Assembly: GCF_009914755.1 (NCBI RefSeq)
Contig: NC_060927.1
DNA: 64,000 bases
DNA from: the human T2T-CHM13v2.0 reference genome, Homo sapiens
Direction: 5' to 3' (one strand)
The translations under genes were made by a program, and so were the position numbers. Shown here in pieces: positions 14,701 to 31,349 of the stretch (positions are counted from its first letter, which is position 1; each line of letters starts with the position of its first letter). The notes under the pieces were generated by a model that was given only the letters and a program-made list of their open reading frames with translations, had not been told where the DNA came from and searched no databases.

Positions 14701-14888
14701 TAACTACAAGGCTCTGTTTTGTTTGTTTGTTTTTGTTGTTGTATTATACATCACCCTCAAAAATTCAATGACCTGTCTCGCTTTCTGTTTCACAGTGTGA
14801 TTTTTTTTCTTCTCTATCTACACATGGACACTGTGAATTGCCTGACATGTTACTATGACTACTTCAAACCAGGAGGAGGCCCTCAGCT

Positions 14889-14899
14889 GTGTGTGTGTA

Positions 14900-14942
<43 letters not shown>
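14889..14942. repeat. (TG)n(GA)n microsatellite
   Basis: Direct inspection. Confidence 0.9.
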
Positions 14943-15545
14943 ATTATTTTTACCTTCCCAGCTCACCTTGACAGTCATTCTGAACAAGAGGCCTGGGCTG
15001 GTTTTATTGGAATCCATGCTACTCTGCTTCCAAGAAAAGCTGAAGTGAATGCGAAGTGGCTACAGAATAATTTGACAGTGACAACATGTTTGATAAGACC
15101 CTGTTGAAATTTACTGCCAGATCCCATGCAAGCTAGGCATTTTGATTAAAGCTGTGCTATTGCTTCTGCTTGACTTCTAATAAGTTTAACATTTTCTGAT
15201 CACTGAAGCCGCCAGCACAGCTTCAGTGCTGGGATATCCTGAGAGTAATGAACAGCATAAAGAATCATGTTCCCTCTTTTCCCCAGCATTCTCATTGTTT
15301 GTGGAGTCTCCTCTGATTCAACCTGAATTCACCTTTTACCTAATACTAGTTGTGAACTCCTAATCAGCACCACAGTCTTCACTGTAACTAGCGACACATT
15401 AATTAAACTCCTTGATTGAGGCTTCCTTACGTACTGAACTATAACAATCTAAAATGATACAAAATATAGAATTGGCTTTCCATGGTTGAAAACATTACAC
15501 TTGGAAGTAAACAGTTTTTAAAATAATGTGTAAAACATAATGTTA

Positions 15546-15632
15546 CACTGCACTCCAGCCTGGGTAACAGAGCAAGACCCTGTCTCTAAAACACACACAC
15601 ACACGCACACACACCTACACATGCATGCACAC
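15546..15632 (+). mobile_element. Alu 3'-end fragment with (CA)n tail
   Basis: CACTGCACTCCAGCCTGGGTAACAGAGCAAGACCCTGTCTC followed by an AC repeat. Confidence 0.8.
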
Positions 15633-15888
15633 GGTTACCTTTTTAAATAGATATTTAAATCATTACTAATTAACATGAGAAGAAAGAAGAAAAATGATTA
15701 ATAAGAGAGACAAGGGAATGTGAATATAAACACAGGTGAGACCCGGCTCTGTCACAGCTATTGCTGTGCAGATCAAGCAAGACATGCAATTGTATACGCA
15801 CACATGCATATATTATTTTGGTAAAACAAAAAGTACTTCTCACCCTTTGACCTTCTATTATCTTTTGCTTTGAAAAAGTCCATAGTAA

Positions 15889-16171
<283 letters not shown>

Positions 16172-18451
16172 CCAATATCTTTTGGAAATGAAAATATATG
16201 TATGTTTTCTGATGGGCGAAATATCTTAATATTTGTATTTTAGAGTTTATTTGTCCCAGGCCTATGCTATGAGGCTCCACGAAACAACACTATAGTATAC
16301 TTTGATGCCTAAGTCTGTATGGGCCAAAGAAAAATAAGTTATGGTTGGCTTACTTCATAGGAATTTGTGATGAAAATCTTCCTGCTACAGGCTGATGGGT
16401 GGTAAATTGAGTGATTTAGGTGTCTGGTCCTATTTAAGTCTCTTTCTGATAATTTGCTGTAGTAGTGACCTGTGATGAGTGCTATTATTGCCATGCTTAG
16501 GTACCATCCATTACTATTTAATAACTTCCATCACAATTGCTTTTTATATTATTAAGTTGTCACAAATAATTTATTTGGACATTGTACAATTTATTTTAGG
16601 AATTAAAAATAAAAATTTCTAGTTTTCTGTTATAATTATTTAAACATTGCATCACTTTGTTATAGATAAGATTGAATTTTCTGTGGTAAAGAATACTGAA
16701 AAGGAACCTAAAATTAGATATCAAACCCCTATTTCAGGAATAGATTTTTATGGAACTTTTTTTTTCTTTGATTAATGTCTGTTTACAGAAATGTTTTAAG
16801 TAATTATCTGGCTTGAAAGCTATGTTTTAAAATGGATGTTTATTTACCTCTTCTACCCTGAGTGACATTGACTTATAGGTTTAGTACCTAATGCCAATTA
16901 AATCATCTTAGAAACAACTGCATTTGCACATGGGAATATTAGGGACTTTTAAACAACTATTATTGGGAGAATTTCTAGCAGCATATTGACAGTATTATTG
17001 AAAATATATCTTTATACTTTTAATCTCCATTGCAGCCATTGTCATTGTGCTACAGGGCTCGAAACAACACGAGATGGTGCCTTCCATCTCGTTTTTTGAT
17101 CTAAACTTTTAACCTGGTGATCTTATTTCTTGATTCCTAAGGAAATACTTTTCTCAGACTATTGCATTGGGCTTTTTCCCAATCCGTTCAAATTATCGTA
17201 GAAAAAACAAACAAACAAACAAATAAACAAACAATTTCCTTCTGTTCTGATTGTGTCACTCCTCCCTGGACAGGTTATCTTCTGGTAAAACATAAACTAT
17301 TCTCATAAGCACCAAGTACCTCTGGGCTACTTGAGGTGAACAAAATTGCACCAATTACTTTCAAGCGTAAGTATTTTTGCCTGAAAGTGCTGAGGAACTT
17401 TTGAGTTTATAAACCTGTTCAATCACAGGAGTCCAGATTATATATAGCACCACACACTGCAGAAGTGTCCAAACCCCTGAGGCATATTGCTACTTATCAG
17501 ATTCATAAGTAGAAGAAAGGAGGGCTTATAAAGAAGAATTTTTTTAAAAAAGATATAATGACCACAGCTCAAATAAAGGACTTAGATGAGCCAGATAAAA
17601 TGAGTCTATCTAAGACTAGGAAGTTAGTGATGTTTCTAATTGTGGGGCTGACAAGGAGGAGATTTGGAGAAGGAGACGTCATTTATAGCTCTATGTACAT
17701 GGTTAATCTGAAAATGCAGTTAGAATCATATGGATGGTTTGCTTCTTTTGGTACTAAGTCATGCTTTGGAAATGCAATGGAGTGTTTCTGAAATCCAGGT
17801 CACTTTAGTGTCTGCAAGACAATGGCTTGTCAAATTTGAGAATTTGGGGAATTTTTCTATTGCTTTTAAATTTGGAAGACAATCTAAAAAAATTAATAAC
17901 TAAGGTAGTGATTAAGTGATTTTAATCATTATGTTAATTATTTTTTAGTCAAGTACTCACTGGAGTCACAGTTGTATTTGTGAATTTAGAGGGTTATCTG
18001 AAATCCCGTGAAAAGTTGTCACACTAGATATGAATGGGTGTGGCTCACATCAAATGAGATGGACTGAGGAGGCTGGGAGATGTTTGAAGTGTGTGTGTTT
18101 TGTGTATTCCTACTGAACTCAGTTCACTCAGTTGCAGTTTTCCGCATTCATGTACTTTCTCATGGAAGATACCATTCATAAGCAAGCACAGTATTTGTGT
18201 TATGCTTAAGTCGTTCCCTAATAAATCATTCACTTTGGAACAAATCTGCAATTTTATAACTAGCATTACAGCAAAACTGATTGTGTGTAGATAGGTACAC
18301 ATACTGTAGTGGTTGTCTGAATATTATTCACATTTTGAGATGCAAGTTAGCTTTACCAAAACAGCATCATCTATCTCGTTATAATTGAATTATTCATCTG
18401 ATTTTCACTAAAATTGTATAATTTTAAATTTTAAATTTGTATTGGATTTCT

Positions 18452-18755
18452 TTTTTTTTTTTTTTTTTTTTTTTGAGACAGAGTCTGGCTTTTGTCTCCC
18501 AACCTGGAGTGCAGGGGCGAGATGTCGGCTCACTGCAAGCTCCGCCTCCCGGGTTCAGGCCATCTTCCTGCCTCAGCCTCCTGAGTAGCTGGGACTACAG
18601 GCGCACGCTGCCACGCCTGGCTAATTTTTTGTATTTTTAGTAGAGACGGGGTTTCACCGTGTTAGCCAGGATGGTCTCGATCTCTGACCTTGTGATCTGC
18701 CCGCCTCTGCCTCCCAGAGTGTTGGGATTACAGGCGTGAGCCACCGCGCCCGGCC
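18452..18755 (-). mobile_element. AluY
   Basis: CACTGCAAGCTCCGCC and TTAGCCAGGATGGTCTCGATCTC diagnostics; 19-bp TSD AAATTTGTATTGGATTTCT (18433-18451, 18756-18774). Confidence 0.95.
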
Positions 18756-20130
18756 AAATTTGTATTGGATTTCTATATAGCTGCATAAGACCTATGTGCA
18801 TGGAGATTTTATGCTGAAGTTGTATTTTTTGTATGGCAAAATTACACTCTAATTCAAAATGATTTAGCACTGGAGTTCTGAGATATTTTTCCCCTGTAAA
18901 ATTCTTAGTTTCAAGTTGACGATATATGTAATGTTATAGAAAACTTTTGTCATCTTTTCGCATTTCTATCTCCCTAACAGCTTCATGTCAAATACCAAGC
19001 AAAGGATCCTAGAATGAACCCGATGGTATAGTTCATTGCCATGTAAATACTCATGCTAAAAGAGATATAACATAATCTGGTAGATATGATTAATAAGATT
19101 TATTCATTACAAGCCACCTTACCTTCCATCTTCCACTTTTCTCTCTTTTGGCTTTCAATTTGCTCATAGATATTTTAAAGAAAAATTATAAATTAAAAAA
19201 GAGAAAAAAATGTGAGAGGATATTACACATATGGCTATATTCAAATTTAAAATTTCTAGAAGCTAGAAATTATGTTTTTAATATTTCTTTTGCAAATGTT
19301 AGACTGAAAAAAGCCTATTCTTTAAGAGCATACTTAGGATTTCGGAAAGGTATATTAATTACTTAAGTCCAGAAGGTACTAAGAAATGTCTAGTGTGCCT
19401 ATCATGTATTAGGCTTCAAACAGCTAATTCAGGTACCAAATCCACAAACATTTTTCTCTGTGGATGAATATCCAGCCTTTTCTATTTCCAAGGGAATTAA
19501 GAATTAATAACTTCTGGCTAGTTTTAGCGAATAAAAAAACCTTATCTCTATCATTCAATATTTCAGTTAAAAAGTGTTTCTTGGTTTTGAGTCATCTATT
19601 ATTATTGCGTTACTTCTTCACTCCATTATTCTCTGAGATGTCCATTTTGGATCAATATATATTAAATATCATTCATTAAACAGCTGAAATTTGTTGGGTT
19701 GAAGACAAATTTCTGGGGAAGATAATGTGTCATCTCACATGTGAATTTCTGCTAGGAGGCTGTTACAAGCAACTATGTTTTAACCATTATTGCTGTGAGA
19801 CTGATTTAAACTGTTCTAACAAGTAAAACTAACACTTCAGCATGGTATCATCACAGCAGTTCTCTGACATATAAAATTTTCATTTTTACTACTGTTATTT
19901 TTTTCTGAAAATTAAAAATTGCAAAGACTGTCTCCTTTCCTTCTTACTACCTCCCTCCCTGGTCCCCCACTTCGTATCTCTCTCTCTCTCTCTCTCATCA
20001 TTCAAGTCACTTGCAGTATACAGAAAAAATCTAAATATTTTTGCATATGTTCTAATAGAATGATTCTCATATACTTTGAAGAGAAAAAATAAACATGCTA
20101 ATTATATATGTAAATAATATACATATGATA

Positions 20131-20756
20131 TGAAGGATCTCAGAAAATGATACTCCAGAATGAAGGCCTCAGAAGCAACTCTCTCTGACTTTCTCCTGTC
20201 CTGCTATCTCTGGCCTCTCAGTTTCCCTCGAGGATAGCCATAGAAACTAGAATTTCTCTTAACCAAAGTGGGTCAGAGAAACCAGAACCCTTTTTCCAAG
20301 AAGCCAGGATTAAATGTTTAAAATTACTCTAACTTTTTCCACTCCTTTTTGTTAAAAACTGCCATAAAGAAATGATCTGACTTACCTTTTTTGACGGTAT
20401 GTCAGAACACCCACATTCCAGAGATAGATGTCGCACACCAAAAAAGAAGGAATGCTTCACAGAGAGGCCAAGAGGAATCTGGACAGGCCAGGCAGATTCC
20501 AACAGTCTTTTAGCATTAAATCATAACCTTTTTGTCCAATTGTCTTTCTACTTGGCTGTTCATACTTTTTGAACCTAAGCATAAAAATGAACATTTTTTT
20601 TCCTGTATCTTAAGGTCCTCATTCAGAAGGCTTTCATGTAATGTAAAATGGTGATATATAAATTGGCATGCCTTTTCTCCTATTAATCTGCTTCTTCTCA
20701 GTAATTTTCAGCAAACTTTCAGAGGGCAAAGAGGAAATTTTCCCTTGGTCTCTAGA
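20131..20756 (+). mobile_element. ERV1 solo LTR (MER39/LTR29-like, tentative)
   Basis: CTCAGAAAATGATAC..TGAAGGCCTCAGAAGCA..TAGCCATAGAAACTAGAAT..AGAAACCAGAACCC; ends CAGAGGGCAAAGAGGAAATTTTCCCTTGG. Confidence 0.7.
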
Positions 20757-20764
20757 AACATTGT

Positions 20765-20767
<3 letters not shown>

Positions 20768-20798
<31 letters not shown>
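20768..20798. repeat. (TA)n microsatellite
   Basis: Direct inspection. Confidence 0.9.
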
Positions 20799-20799
<1 letters not shown>

Positions 20800-21349
20800 A
20801 AATTTTGCATATTTAAAATATGAGATGTATAAGGCATCATGTTTATATAGAAATGATTATCTGTCTACTTTAAAACTTAGCATAACTCTTATAGGATGTT
20901 TCAGGTTCAGGTACACTTTAGAGAAAATATATTTATTAAATAAAAAATTACAGGTTTTTTAAGTGCTTCAAAGTAAAAGTGAAGAATGCTAAAGTCAAAA
21001 TAATTATAGTTTGGGAAGTGGCATGGCTCGGGAAAGCTGAAAGTGGAAGCACAAATACTAGAATGTTGAATTAAGCAGAAGTGAGGTATAAGTATTTTTT
21101 AAGTACTTTTTTTGCAGGCAGAACAGTAGGTATGAGAGCAGTAAGAGACTGATTAGTATGACCATGATACACACCTGGAGGATTCTACAACACTCAAAGA
21201 ACACTGTGGCCTGGACTCATGGGTGGTCTGTGGAGATGGAGGGCACTAAACATGAAAACAATATCTACTTTGAAAGTAGATTGGGGATATAAGAGGTTGA
21301 GGATTTGAGAAAAGATAAGAATATTGCCCTTACACCTTGATGTATATTA

Positions 21350-22039
<690 letters not shown>

Positions 22040-24294
22040 TCAAGTAAACTAAGATGAGGTAGATGTTTTTTAGCTTCAACTAGACAAGTTGTGAACACTA
22101 CTTTTTAATCCTAGGATATTTTTATCACTTTCAGGTTTCTCTATTCATAGACAAAGACCTTGAATTTGGTAATCTTTGGACATTTTTCTTTACATGATTT
22201 TCTTAGGCATATTTGATAACTGATAGCCCCTGCAAAAATTATATTATACTTGATGGGAGTGGAGGTAATTAGTCCTACAATTTAGTGAAATTCTAGATTT
22301 AGAAGAACTACCACAAGAATACTTATATGAACTACTATATGATCTTCAGATATCTTCATATTTATTTATCCTTTTGAAAGTAAATGACCCTTAAGGGTAT
22401 TGTAAATAATTTAAACATGTAAGGTGGAACCATATGAAGTATTTATATAACTATGCCTTCTATATATGCATTAAGTATATTGATTTGTTTTAAAAGGCAA
22501 CAAATGGTGAGCCTTTTGTGACTTTTACTCCTCTTTCATAAACTACTCAAATATTACTTTCCCTGTAATGCATCCCCTCTATGCCGTCCTCTTGATGGAG
22601 CAAATCACTGTGCCCTTGTACCCACACTGTAACTTGAGCACAGGTGAGCATATGTTTTAACAACGCTTTAGATGTTTATGCCTGTTTACCAATCCCTGTG
22701 CCTCAGGGTTTATTCCTTTCTGTCACCAGTGCCTAATTTACAGTTTGATACAAAGTAACAGCTCAAACCACACTTATAAAGAAGTATTGCAATAATTTTC
22801 TTGGAGAATAAGGATTATAGAAATAAAAGTGTTCTTAGATTCTTTTAATTTAATCTCTTCCATTTTTAGGTGACAATATTGACAGCCCAAAGTATTAAAT
22901 GCCTGCCAAAAAATTAGTTATTATTAAAGGCTTAAAAATGATCATTTAGTTGGCAAAACATGTTTAAAAAGATGAAAATCAGTACAATGAATGTATTTTA
23001 CTTAGAGAAACAAAAACTGAGCAACATAGCATTTTCCCAGGGTAGGGTAAAAAAGAATGCCATAATATATAAACTAGGGAAAAATATATATATCCCCATT
23101 AGGAAACATGAGGTGAAGGTGCACTCATAAAAGTTTTGGTCTTAGATATGTTTCTTCTCTCTAAACATATTTGAAGTAACTTGAAAAAAAATTATTCACA
23201 TTTCATATACATATATATGTTCCGTTGTATATGGGTAGAGAATATTTTTATTTTGTGACAAAAAGGAATACTTTCATATAGTAATCCTAAAAGGAGGCAT
23301 GTTTTCTACTCACATTACATAAATATAATATTCATTTTTTCTAAATGCTGTTGAAACATGATATCTGAGAAACCAAATTAAGCAGACTTCCCTTGAGTCA
23401 CAAGTGGAGAATTTTCTCTCCATCTGCGTAACAGTGGAGTAGTTTCACCTTTGGGGAGATTGTATAATAACATACAGAAAGCATTTATTTTGGGATCAGA
23501 ATGAGTGCCTACTTCTCTCTGCCGTGGGATTTATTTACACATCATCATAAAATCTAGACACTGCCAAAGACTTTGGGATTATGCAGTCTAACCTTCTACT
23601 AGGCATTTGGATTTCCAGAATAAGATTTTTAACAAAATTCTTCTCCTTCTTGGACCAATGCTAATGGGTTCCTTAATTGCTATAGAGTTTTACTATGTCT
23701 TTGAAAATTTCAAATTGTTAAAAAAATCATCTTCATAGTCAGCTAAATTATATCTACGTATAGTCTCCTTTTACTTATTTCTATTTTTTAAAGTCATACC
23801 ATTGGAAAATCAAATGTCTCTCAAAATGATACTTCAAATATTTGAATATCGTTGTCCTATAAATTCAAAGTTTCAATTTATATAGGCAAAACCTTATTTG
23901 TTTCAGATATTCCCTTTGTGAAATACTATTACTATGTATCCATGTTTTAATCGCTATCCTCTGATGCATTTTCTTATTTGTCTATATCCCTATCAAATTG
24001 TATAATCCGGAAGTGAATAAAGTATACTAAATGTGATTTCACGAGCTCAAGAATTACTGTTGCTCATTTGGGACATACATTTATTTAGTAGCTATTTATT
24101 GAGCACATACATATGAGAAGCAGCAGCTTGCTATGGTCAGGACAGTCAATTCCCCTGCCATCATGGAGTCTACTAATTGTAGACATTTTTTGGGGATTCT
24201 CTGCTCACTGTTTAAGCTTTCCAGTGTTGTTTTGAAGCCACCTCATACAACTCAATGATGCATTTCTCTTAACAGTTTCGTTTTTAATGATATA

Positions 24295-24446
24295 CCAATG
24301 GCAGCTTGAAATTGGCCACAAAGAAAATATTTACACCATGGAAATCTGTTAATGGTATATATTTTTGGTGGTTGTTTTGATTGGTTGTTTTGCTTGGTTT
24401 TGTTTTAAGGAGCTGGCTGCTAAAGATTTATTAGCATATTATTACT
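24295..24446 (-). mobile_element. MER63-like hAT DNA transposon fragment
   Basis: GGCAGCTTGAAATTGGCCA..ATTTACACCATGGAAATC..GGAGCTGG..TAAAGATTTATTAGCATATTA. Confidence 0.6.
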
Positions 24447-25236
24447 CTTCTTTCATTTGGAGCTCCTTCTTCCCACACTTTTGGAATCCTGGCAGTGGGT
24501 TTTTACTAAAAGATTTGGTGTTATGTCTATAATTGATTAGGCTAATGGTGAACATAAACTAGGCCATTTACAGATACTTGAAAATAATGGTTATGCTATG
24601 TTATTAGGATATAAAATATATTAAAACACATTAATTATGCTTATTCTCTACACATTAATCAATACTTTTAAATTTAATTCCTACATCTGATAACAATGAT
24701 ATTAATATACAAGCCATGTTGAAAGGGCTTTATTGCCCTATTCAAACATAAGCATCCTTGAGTGGACTGAATTACTCTTCATTTGGAAGATATATGCCTC
24801 TCTCATTTTTTATTGATGCTTTTGATTCATGTAATACTTATTTCAATTGCCATCTATAGTTTAAAGCAAAGCTTGTTATTATAACTTCCAAACACTGAAA
24901 TCATTCAAATATCTTTAAGAAGACACTCTTGCCTAGTTGAGAACAATATTGCCATAATACACATATGTTTTATGTAGAAACATCATCTCAGGCATTCAAT
25001 AAAAGAATTACTACTCTGAGGAGATGCAAAAATATAAAAGCAACTTTAATGGACATTACATAGAATTTTATAATTCTAGATGGGCAGAAATCAATGTATT
25101 TATACAATAAAGATCCTTGTATTTAGAAAGCGTGGCAAAAGAGGGAAAGTAGCTCATTGAAGATCCTGTTACTAAAACTGGAACTCAACAAGGCTAGGGA
25201 TTATTGCTGGATGTGCCATAAACAATAGACTATGTG

Positions 25237-25561
<325 letters not shown>

Positions 25562-28500
25562 TTAGTTGACTAATACCTGTGACAATTATATCTGCAAGCA
25601 AAATTAAAAAAAAAATATCTGACTAAATGGAAAGTGTTTCTCATAAACACTTAGGTACAGAAAATGCCTCTGAAATTGCTCTAGAAGCAGCGTTGGCTGC
25701 TTTTGTTGTGTTTTACTTGCTAAAATGTAATAAAAAATGTGATCCACTTGTATTGTTTGGTAGACAAAAACATTAACTGAACTTACTATGGTAGCTGATT
25801 AGTATTTGCAAAAATTGCCAAGATAAGAAAAGGTAACTTAGGTTTTATAAATCAAAAGCTTTCAAATTTTAGGAAGTAAACAGAGAGTTTATAGAGGTTG
25901 AACTACAGAACAAAATCCATGTAAATGTAGAGAATTTTTACAAAGTCTTTTATGTAATAAGCTATGGATTCTCTGAGAAGAAAGATATACATTAAAAAAA
26001 TCAAGACAATCAACCTTATATCAAAACCTTTCCAATGTCTGACCTGAGATTAGAATTATGCCCAAAATGCACAACAAGCGCTTTCTCTTTTTAGGGCAGT
26101 GTGGGAAAACTTTATTAACATTTATGCTCAATTATTTCAATTATTGCCACTAGATCATATTGGTATTTATGTATTTAGCATGCTTAAGTAGTATCTAAGG
26201 TTAAAAGCTCATTATCACAGAGCTCAAGAGTTGGATCCCCTAAAAGTCTTACTGGTTTTTACATCTGTACCGATTTTTTGTTGTTGTTGGGGGAGACAGG
26301 AGTTTCTATTTTAGATTGATATGCAGGTACAGAATTACTTCTCCCTTATTTATAATAAAATAAAACCTCTTTTTTTAAGTTTAGGTATGTTATATATTTT
26401 CCCTCAGATACAGTCTATTTAGAGTTCTCTGCTTAGTAGAAATGTGAGATCACTCTGCCTTAATCGCTTGTAAGAATCAAAATCTACTCTCTCACAAATA
26501 CAAAATACATATTTTTTCTCTGTTGTCCATTTTTGTTCTCAACTCGTAACAAATTCATATTTATTCAACATATTTACCCAGTTAAGACAATGCTGAATTC
26601 AACTAAAACACTTCTCAATTTTTCCAATAGCCTTTCTATACAAAATCGTAGAAAAGTACACATCTCATTAAAGAAACATGGATTTGTGCCAGACACGATA
26701 AAATAATTGTTGTAATTTTTTCCTTTTTTCCCACTGAAACGAACTTACCTACATATTTTTAATAAAATGCAGTCCCACTAAGTGGTAGCATTATATACTA
26801 CCTTCTTTTTATATTCATTAATCTTTGTGGTCTCTCATGTTCTTTTCCATTTCATGTTCTCCAGTATCTTTGATTAGAATTCTTTAAGGTTACCCTGAAA
26901 GTTTCTTTATTATTTCAAATTCTTAGAACATTGCATGAATCTACGTTTCCTGAATATTGTGACTTTTATTCAATATATCAGTGACCTTTACTAGCTGTCT
27001 CCTCAATACTAGCATTAAAAGAGAGTCTATAATTTTATTTCATTTTTAGCACACAGAGATCACAAGCCTTCTCAAGAGTTACAACAGTTATGTGTATCCT
27101 GAATGTTTTACTTAGGGCAGAATTGCTCTGCAGGAGAGCATGCCCGTCTTCTTCCTGAGTGAGGGTTATCCTCAAAATTGCCAGGTCAACTACAGTTATA
27201 TGAGCGCTCACTTTCCTGGGCATGACTGGCTATTGTCAACAATGTATGCTGAGAAAGGCATCAAGGACTAATCCCCTATTACATTTAATGCAAGGTAATG
27301 CTCAAATCCTCAGTCACAAACACCTTCAGAAGGTTTTTCATCCTCAAATAAACCATTTTCAGGTCTTGGAGATTTGGAGTCTGTGATTAAAGTAAGCTTT
27401 TACCTAATGTTCTTCTGGGAAAGGATTTGCTTTAGGAATAATCATGTAAATTAAGAGAACAACAATATCCAATTACCTATGCTAAAGAAGCCTTCTTTAT
27501 ACACCTAAGACAAATTTTACCTTTTTCTCCACATATTTCCAGCCCATTTTTATGAAAGTTATATTTAGGTATATTTATCACTTCAATTTATGCCTAAAAT
27601 GTAATCTACTTATCCAGTATGTTTTCTAACTTGCAGCTGCTTCTACATAGACAAACCACTGATTAAATAAATTATTTTTGTGACTAGACATATTATTTTT
27701 CTCAATCATCATTCAACTGATTTGGTGGTCTTTCAACTATGAAATCTTACCATATATAAATAATGAACGTATGAATTTTTTTCAACTTTTAAATTGCATA
27801 TTTTCTATTTTACTTGTATTGCCTAATACTTTAATATCAATAATGAATAATACAATATTTGTCACTGATCTCTTGTATCTGACTTTAAAGAAAAGCCATA
27901 TAGTGTATCACCATTTGTAAAGTAATAGCTTTTCACATTTACATTTATTTTGGATTTTTTTGCCTTTTCAAAGGAATTTTACATTATTCAGATTTTAAAA
28001 GTTTCTTCTTTTCTTTCTTAAAGAAGAAGGTTAAAATTTTGGAAAAATAACTTTGCAGCTAACATTGCATATTTTTTCTTCTTTGTTTTATTAACATGAC
28101 AAATATTTTGTTTTAGATTTTTGCTTTTATTATGGTTGAAATAAGTTTTAAGGCTTTTCTGTGGTTTGGAATGGTTTAAATAATAGTGAATTTATCTAAT
28201 CTTTGAATACTACATATTATTTATGACTGAAGCCTCCAGGCTTGATGTTTTCTGTGTTGATGTGGGGCAGATTATGGAAACTCTTGAATAATTTCAAGAA
28301 GTTTCCAGACTTATATGGTTATTTTAATTTTCTGCATATATCAACACTATTAAAATTATACAGTTAGTAGAAAGTAATATAGATGGATTTTCATAAGGTT
28401 TCAAAAGTACTCTAATAATATTATTCTATGAACTTTTGCTGTGTTTGTGATTATGTCAATATATTGTTTAACATGAAATTTGTTATATTTTCTTTCTCAT

Positions 28501-28562
28501 TGTAATTTATGTTTATTTTTGCTTTTTTTCTGTTTATTACTTAATGAATTTATCTCATCCTA

Positions 28563-28985
28563 TTTGATTGGTATTTACTGTGGCTATAACAAATTAACAC
28601 AGATTCAAACAACAAAAATCTATTATCAGTCATTCTGTAGATCAGAAGTCTGAGATGGGTCTCTTGGGGCTAAAGTAAAAGTATCTACAGGGTTGTGTCA
28701 CTTTTTAACTTTAAAAGGAGAACCCATTTTGCTGCTTTCCTGTTTCTAGAGACTTCCCATATTCCTTAAGCAGTAACGCTTTCCTCCATCATCAAAGCCA
28801 GAAACTCTGACCCTTTTTCCATTGGTATATCTTCTTTTGACCTTTGCTAGAAAAAGTTCTCAATATTTAGGGAATCGTGTAATCACATTTGTGAAGTTCC
28901 TTTTACCATGTAAGGTCACATTCATAGATTGTGGAATTAGGACATTGCCATCTTGGTGTTGTAGTAACATTATTCGGCTTCTATC
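28563..28985 (-). mobile_element. MLT1 (MaLR) solo LTR
   Basis: GCTATAACAAATTAAC..CAACAAAAATCTATTATC..CAGAAGTCTGAGATGGGTCTC..TAAGGTCACATTCA. Confidence 0.7.
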
Positions 28986-29590
28986 TTTGATCTTTCTTTC
29001 TCCTCTCCTAAGTTACAACATTTACATTTTTATTATTAGGCTCTTTTAAACATCAATAAGATTCTATTTGTTAATTATACTTATTCTTTATTTATTGAGT
29101 TTAAGGGATAGAAAATGAGAACATTATTCACTTATTAATCTTTAATCCTACTAATATTTTTGAGCACCTACCTGTATCCTATTGTAGATAATGGAATTAT
29201 AACATTAAACAAAATGTAAAAAGAAAATCGTTTCTTTGGAGTCTACATTTCAGTGAGTGTGTAGAAAATAAGCAAATCATGCATAGTATGCCAGAGGTCA
29301 TTAATTCTATGAAGAAAAATAGAGAGGAGAGGAAAATTGGGAAGGCAGGGCAGAGGGGAAAGACTACTGTTTTGTGGAGGTGTTCTATTTAATTAGGTGA
29401 CATTTAAACAAAAATATAAAAAAAATTGAAGAAGTGAAACATGAAGATATCCAGACAACTACTGGAGGCAGAAAGAACTCCAAATACTAAGATGCAACTG
29501 AAATGTGCTTGACAAATTAAAGAAACCTAAAGGGAAGGAAAGGTGGAACAAGCAGCAGAATTGCGAGAAGTAGACTGAAGATAGAGTTGA

Positions 29591-29974
<384 letters not shown>

Positions 29975-31059
29975 TGAAGGCCATGATTTATTCTGTTTTT
30001 AAAAATGTACGCTGACTGCTGTATTGAGAATAGTCTGCAAATGAGCATTGAGAGAAGCAAAGATATCAGAAAGGAGGTCACTGCAATAATCCACAGGAGA
30101 AATATTACTATGATGAACAGCAATGTTAGCTATAGCAGTAGGAGAAAGTGTGAGTGATTCTAAGCCTACAAGATTTGCTAAAAGACCCAATATTTTGTAT
30201 AAAAGAGACATTCAGTGGTAGCTTTAAGAGGACTGTGACAGGAACAGGTCTGGGGAATGAAGGTGGGAGGAAGTGTCATGACTTGGGTTTTATAAATGTT
30301 ATGTTTGAGACATCTCTTAAATACCCAAGAAGATTTGAGAGAAGCAGTTGAGTAAATGAGTCAAGAGTTCAGGTCTTCAGCCTGAACTGAAGATAGAAAG
30401 TTGTAAGCACTATAGATAGTATTAAAGCTAGAAGAATGGATAACGTAGGTATAAAAGGGGTTCAAGAGGTGAGTCCTAGTAACTCCAAAATTTAGAAATT
30501 ACAAATTTGAGAAAACATCAGCCTGAAAGCAAAAATAATAGATTAGTTTAAAGAAGAATAAAGAAAATCAGGAGTGATAAATTGCAAGTTAAGAGAAGAG
30601 TTTCAAAAAGAAAGTGTGGGCAACCGTGTTAAATGCTTCTGTTAGGTCAAATAAGACGATAATTCAGAATTCATGATAAGATTTATCAACACACAGTTCT
30701 TATCAACTTTAAAAATAGGTTTTTGTGGAATAGTACCAGAAAAAGTCAACTCGAATGGATTCAAGAGAAATAGAGTGGGAGGAATTGAAGAAGTGAGTAT
30801 TGAATATACAGCCCAAAGTAATTCTTCATGAGTGAAATATCGGTGTGGAAAAAGGAAAAGATTTAACAATGGCTGTAGGAGTTTTCTTCTTTACAATTAA
30901 AAAGTTGAGGACAGAATGTAATAAGATGGGAGGGTCACATTAGTGGACTATTTTTTAAGAAGTTTTTTTTTTTTCTTTAAAAGAAGTGAAAAAATGTGGA
31001 TTATATGTATATTTTGTATAGAAAATATCACAAAAACTTGTATATTAATGAAATACTAT

Positions 31060-31280
31060 TAATAGATATGTAGCACTTAAAATGTGCCAGGACCTATGAA
31101 TTTATGAATGAATCAATTTAGTCCTGACAACAAACTTATGAGGTAGACACTATCATTTTCTTCCCCTTTAGCTAGATGGGTAAAACTGAGAAACAAATTA
31201 ACTTGTTCAATTTCACACTGCTAATAAGTTGCAGAGCCAGAATTTAAGCCAAGTTAGATCAGCTCCAAGGCACAACACTT
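31060..31280 (-). mobile_element. MIR
   Basis: CAACAAACTTATGAGGTAG..AAAACTGAG..CACACTGCTAATAAGTTGCAGAGCCAGAATTT. Confidence 0.65.
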
Positions 31281-31349
31281 CTTGAGTGTAGTAGGGGAAA
31301 AAATAGATGATTCTGAAAAGAGAATGGATAGTAATTTTTTATTAGGCAC

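Noticed and set aside
17069-17098. 9-bp hairpin (ACGAGATGG/CCATCTCGT) followed by a T-run, resembling an intrinsic terminator
   Set aside because: Eukaryotic intergenic context; a stem this short is expected by chance in 64 kb
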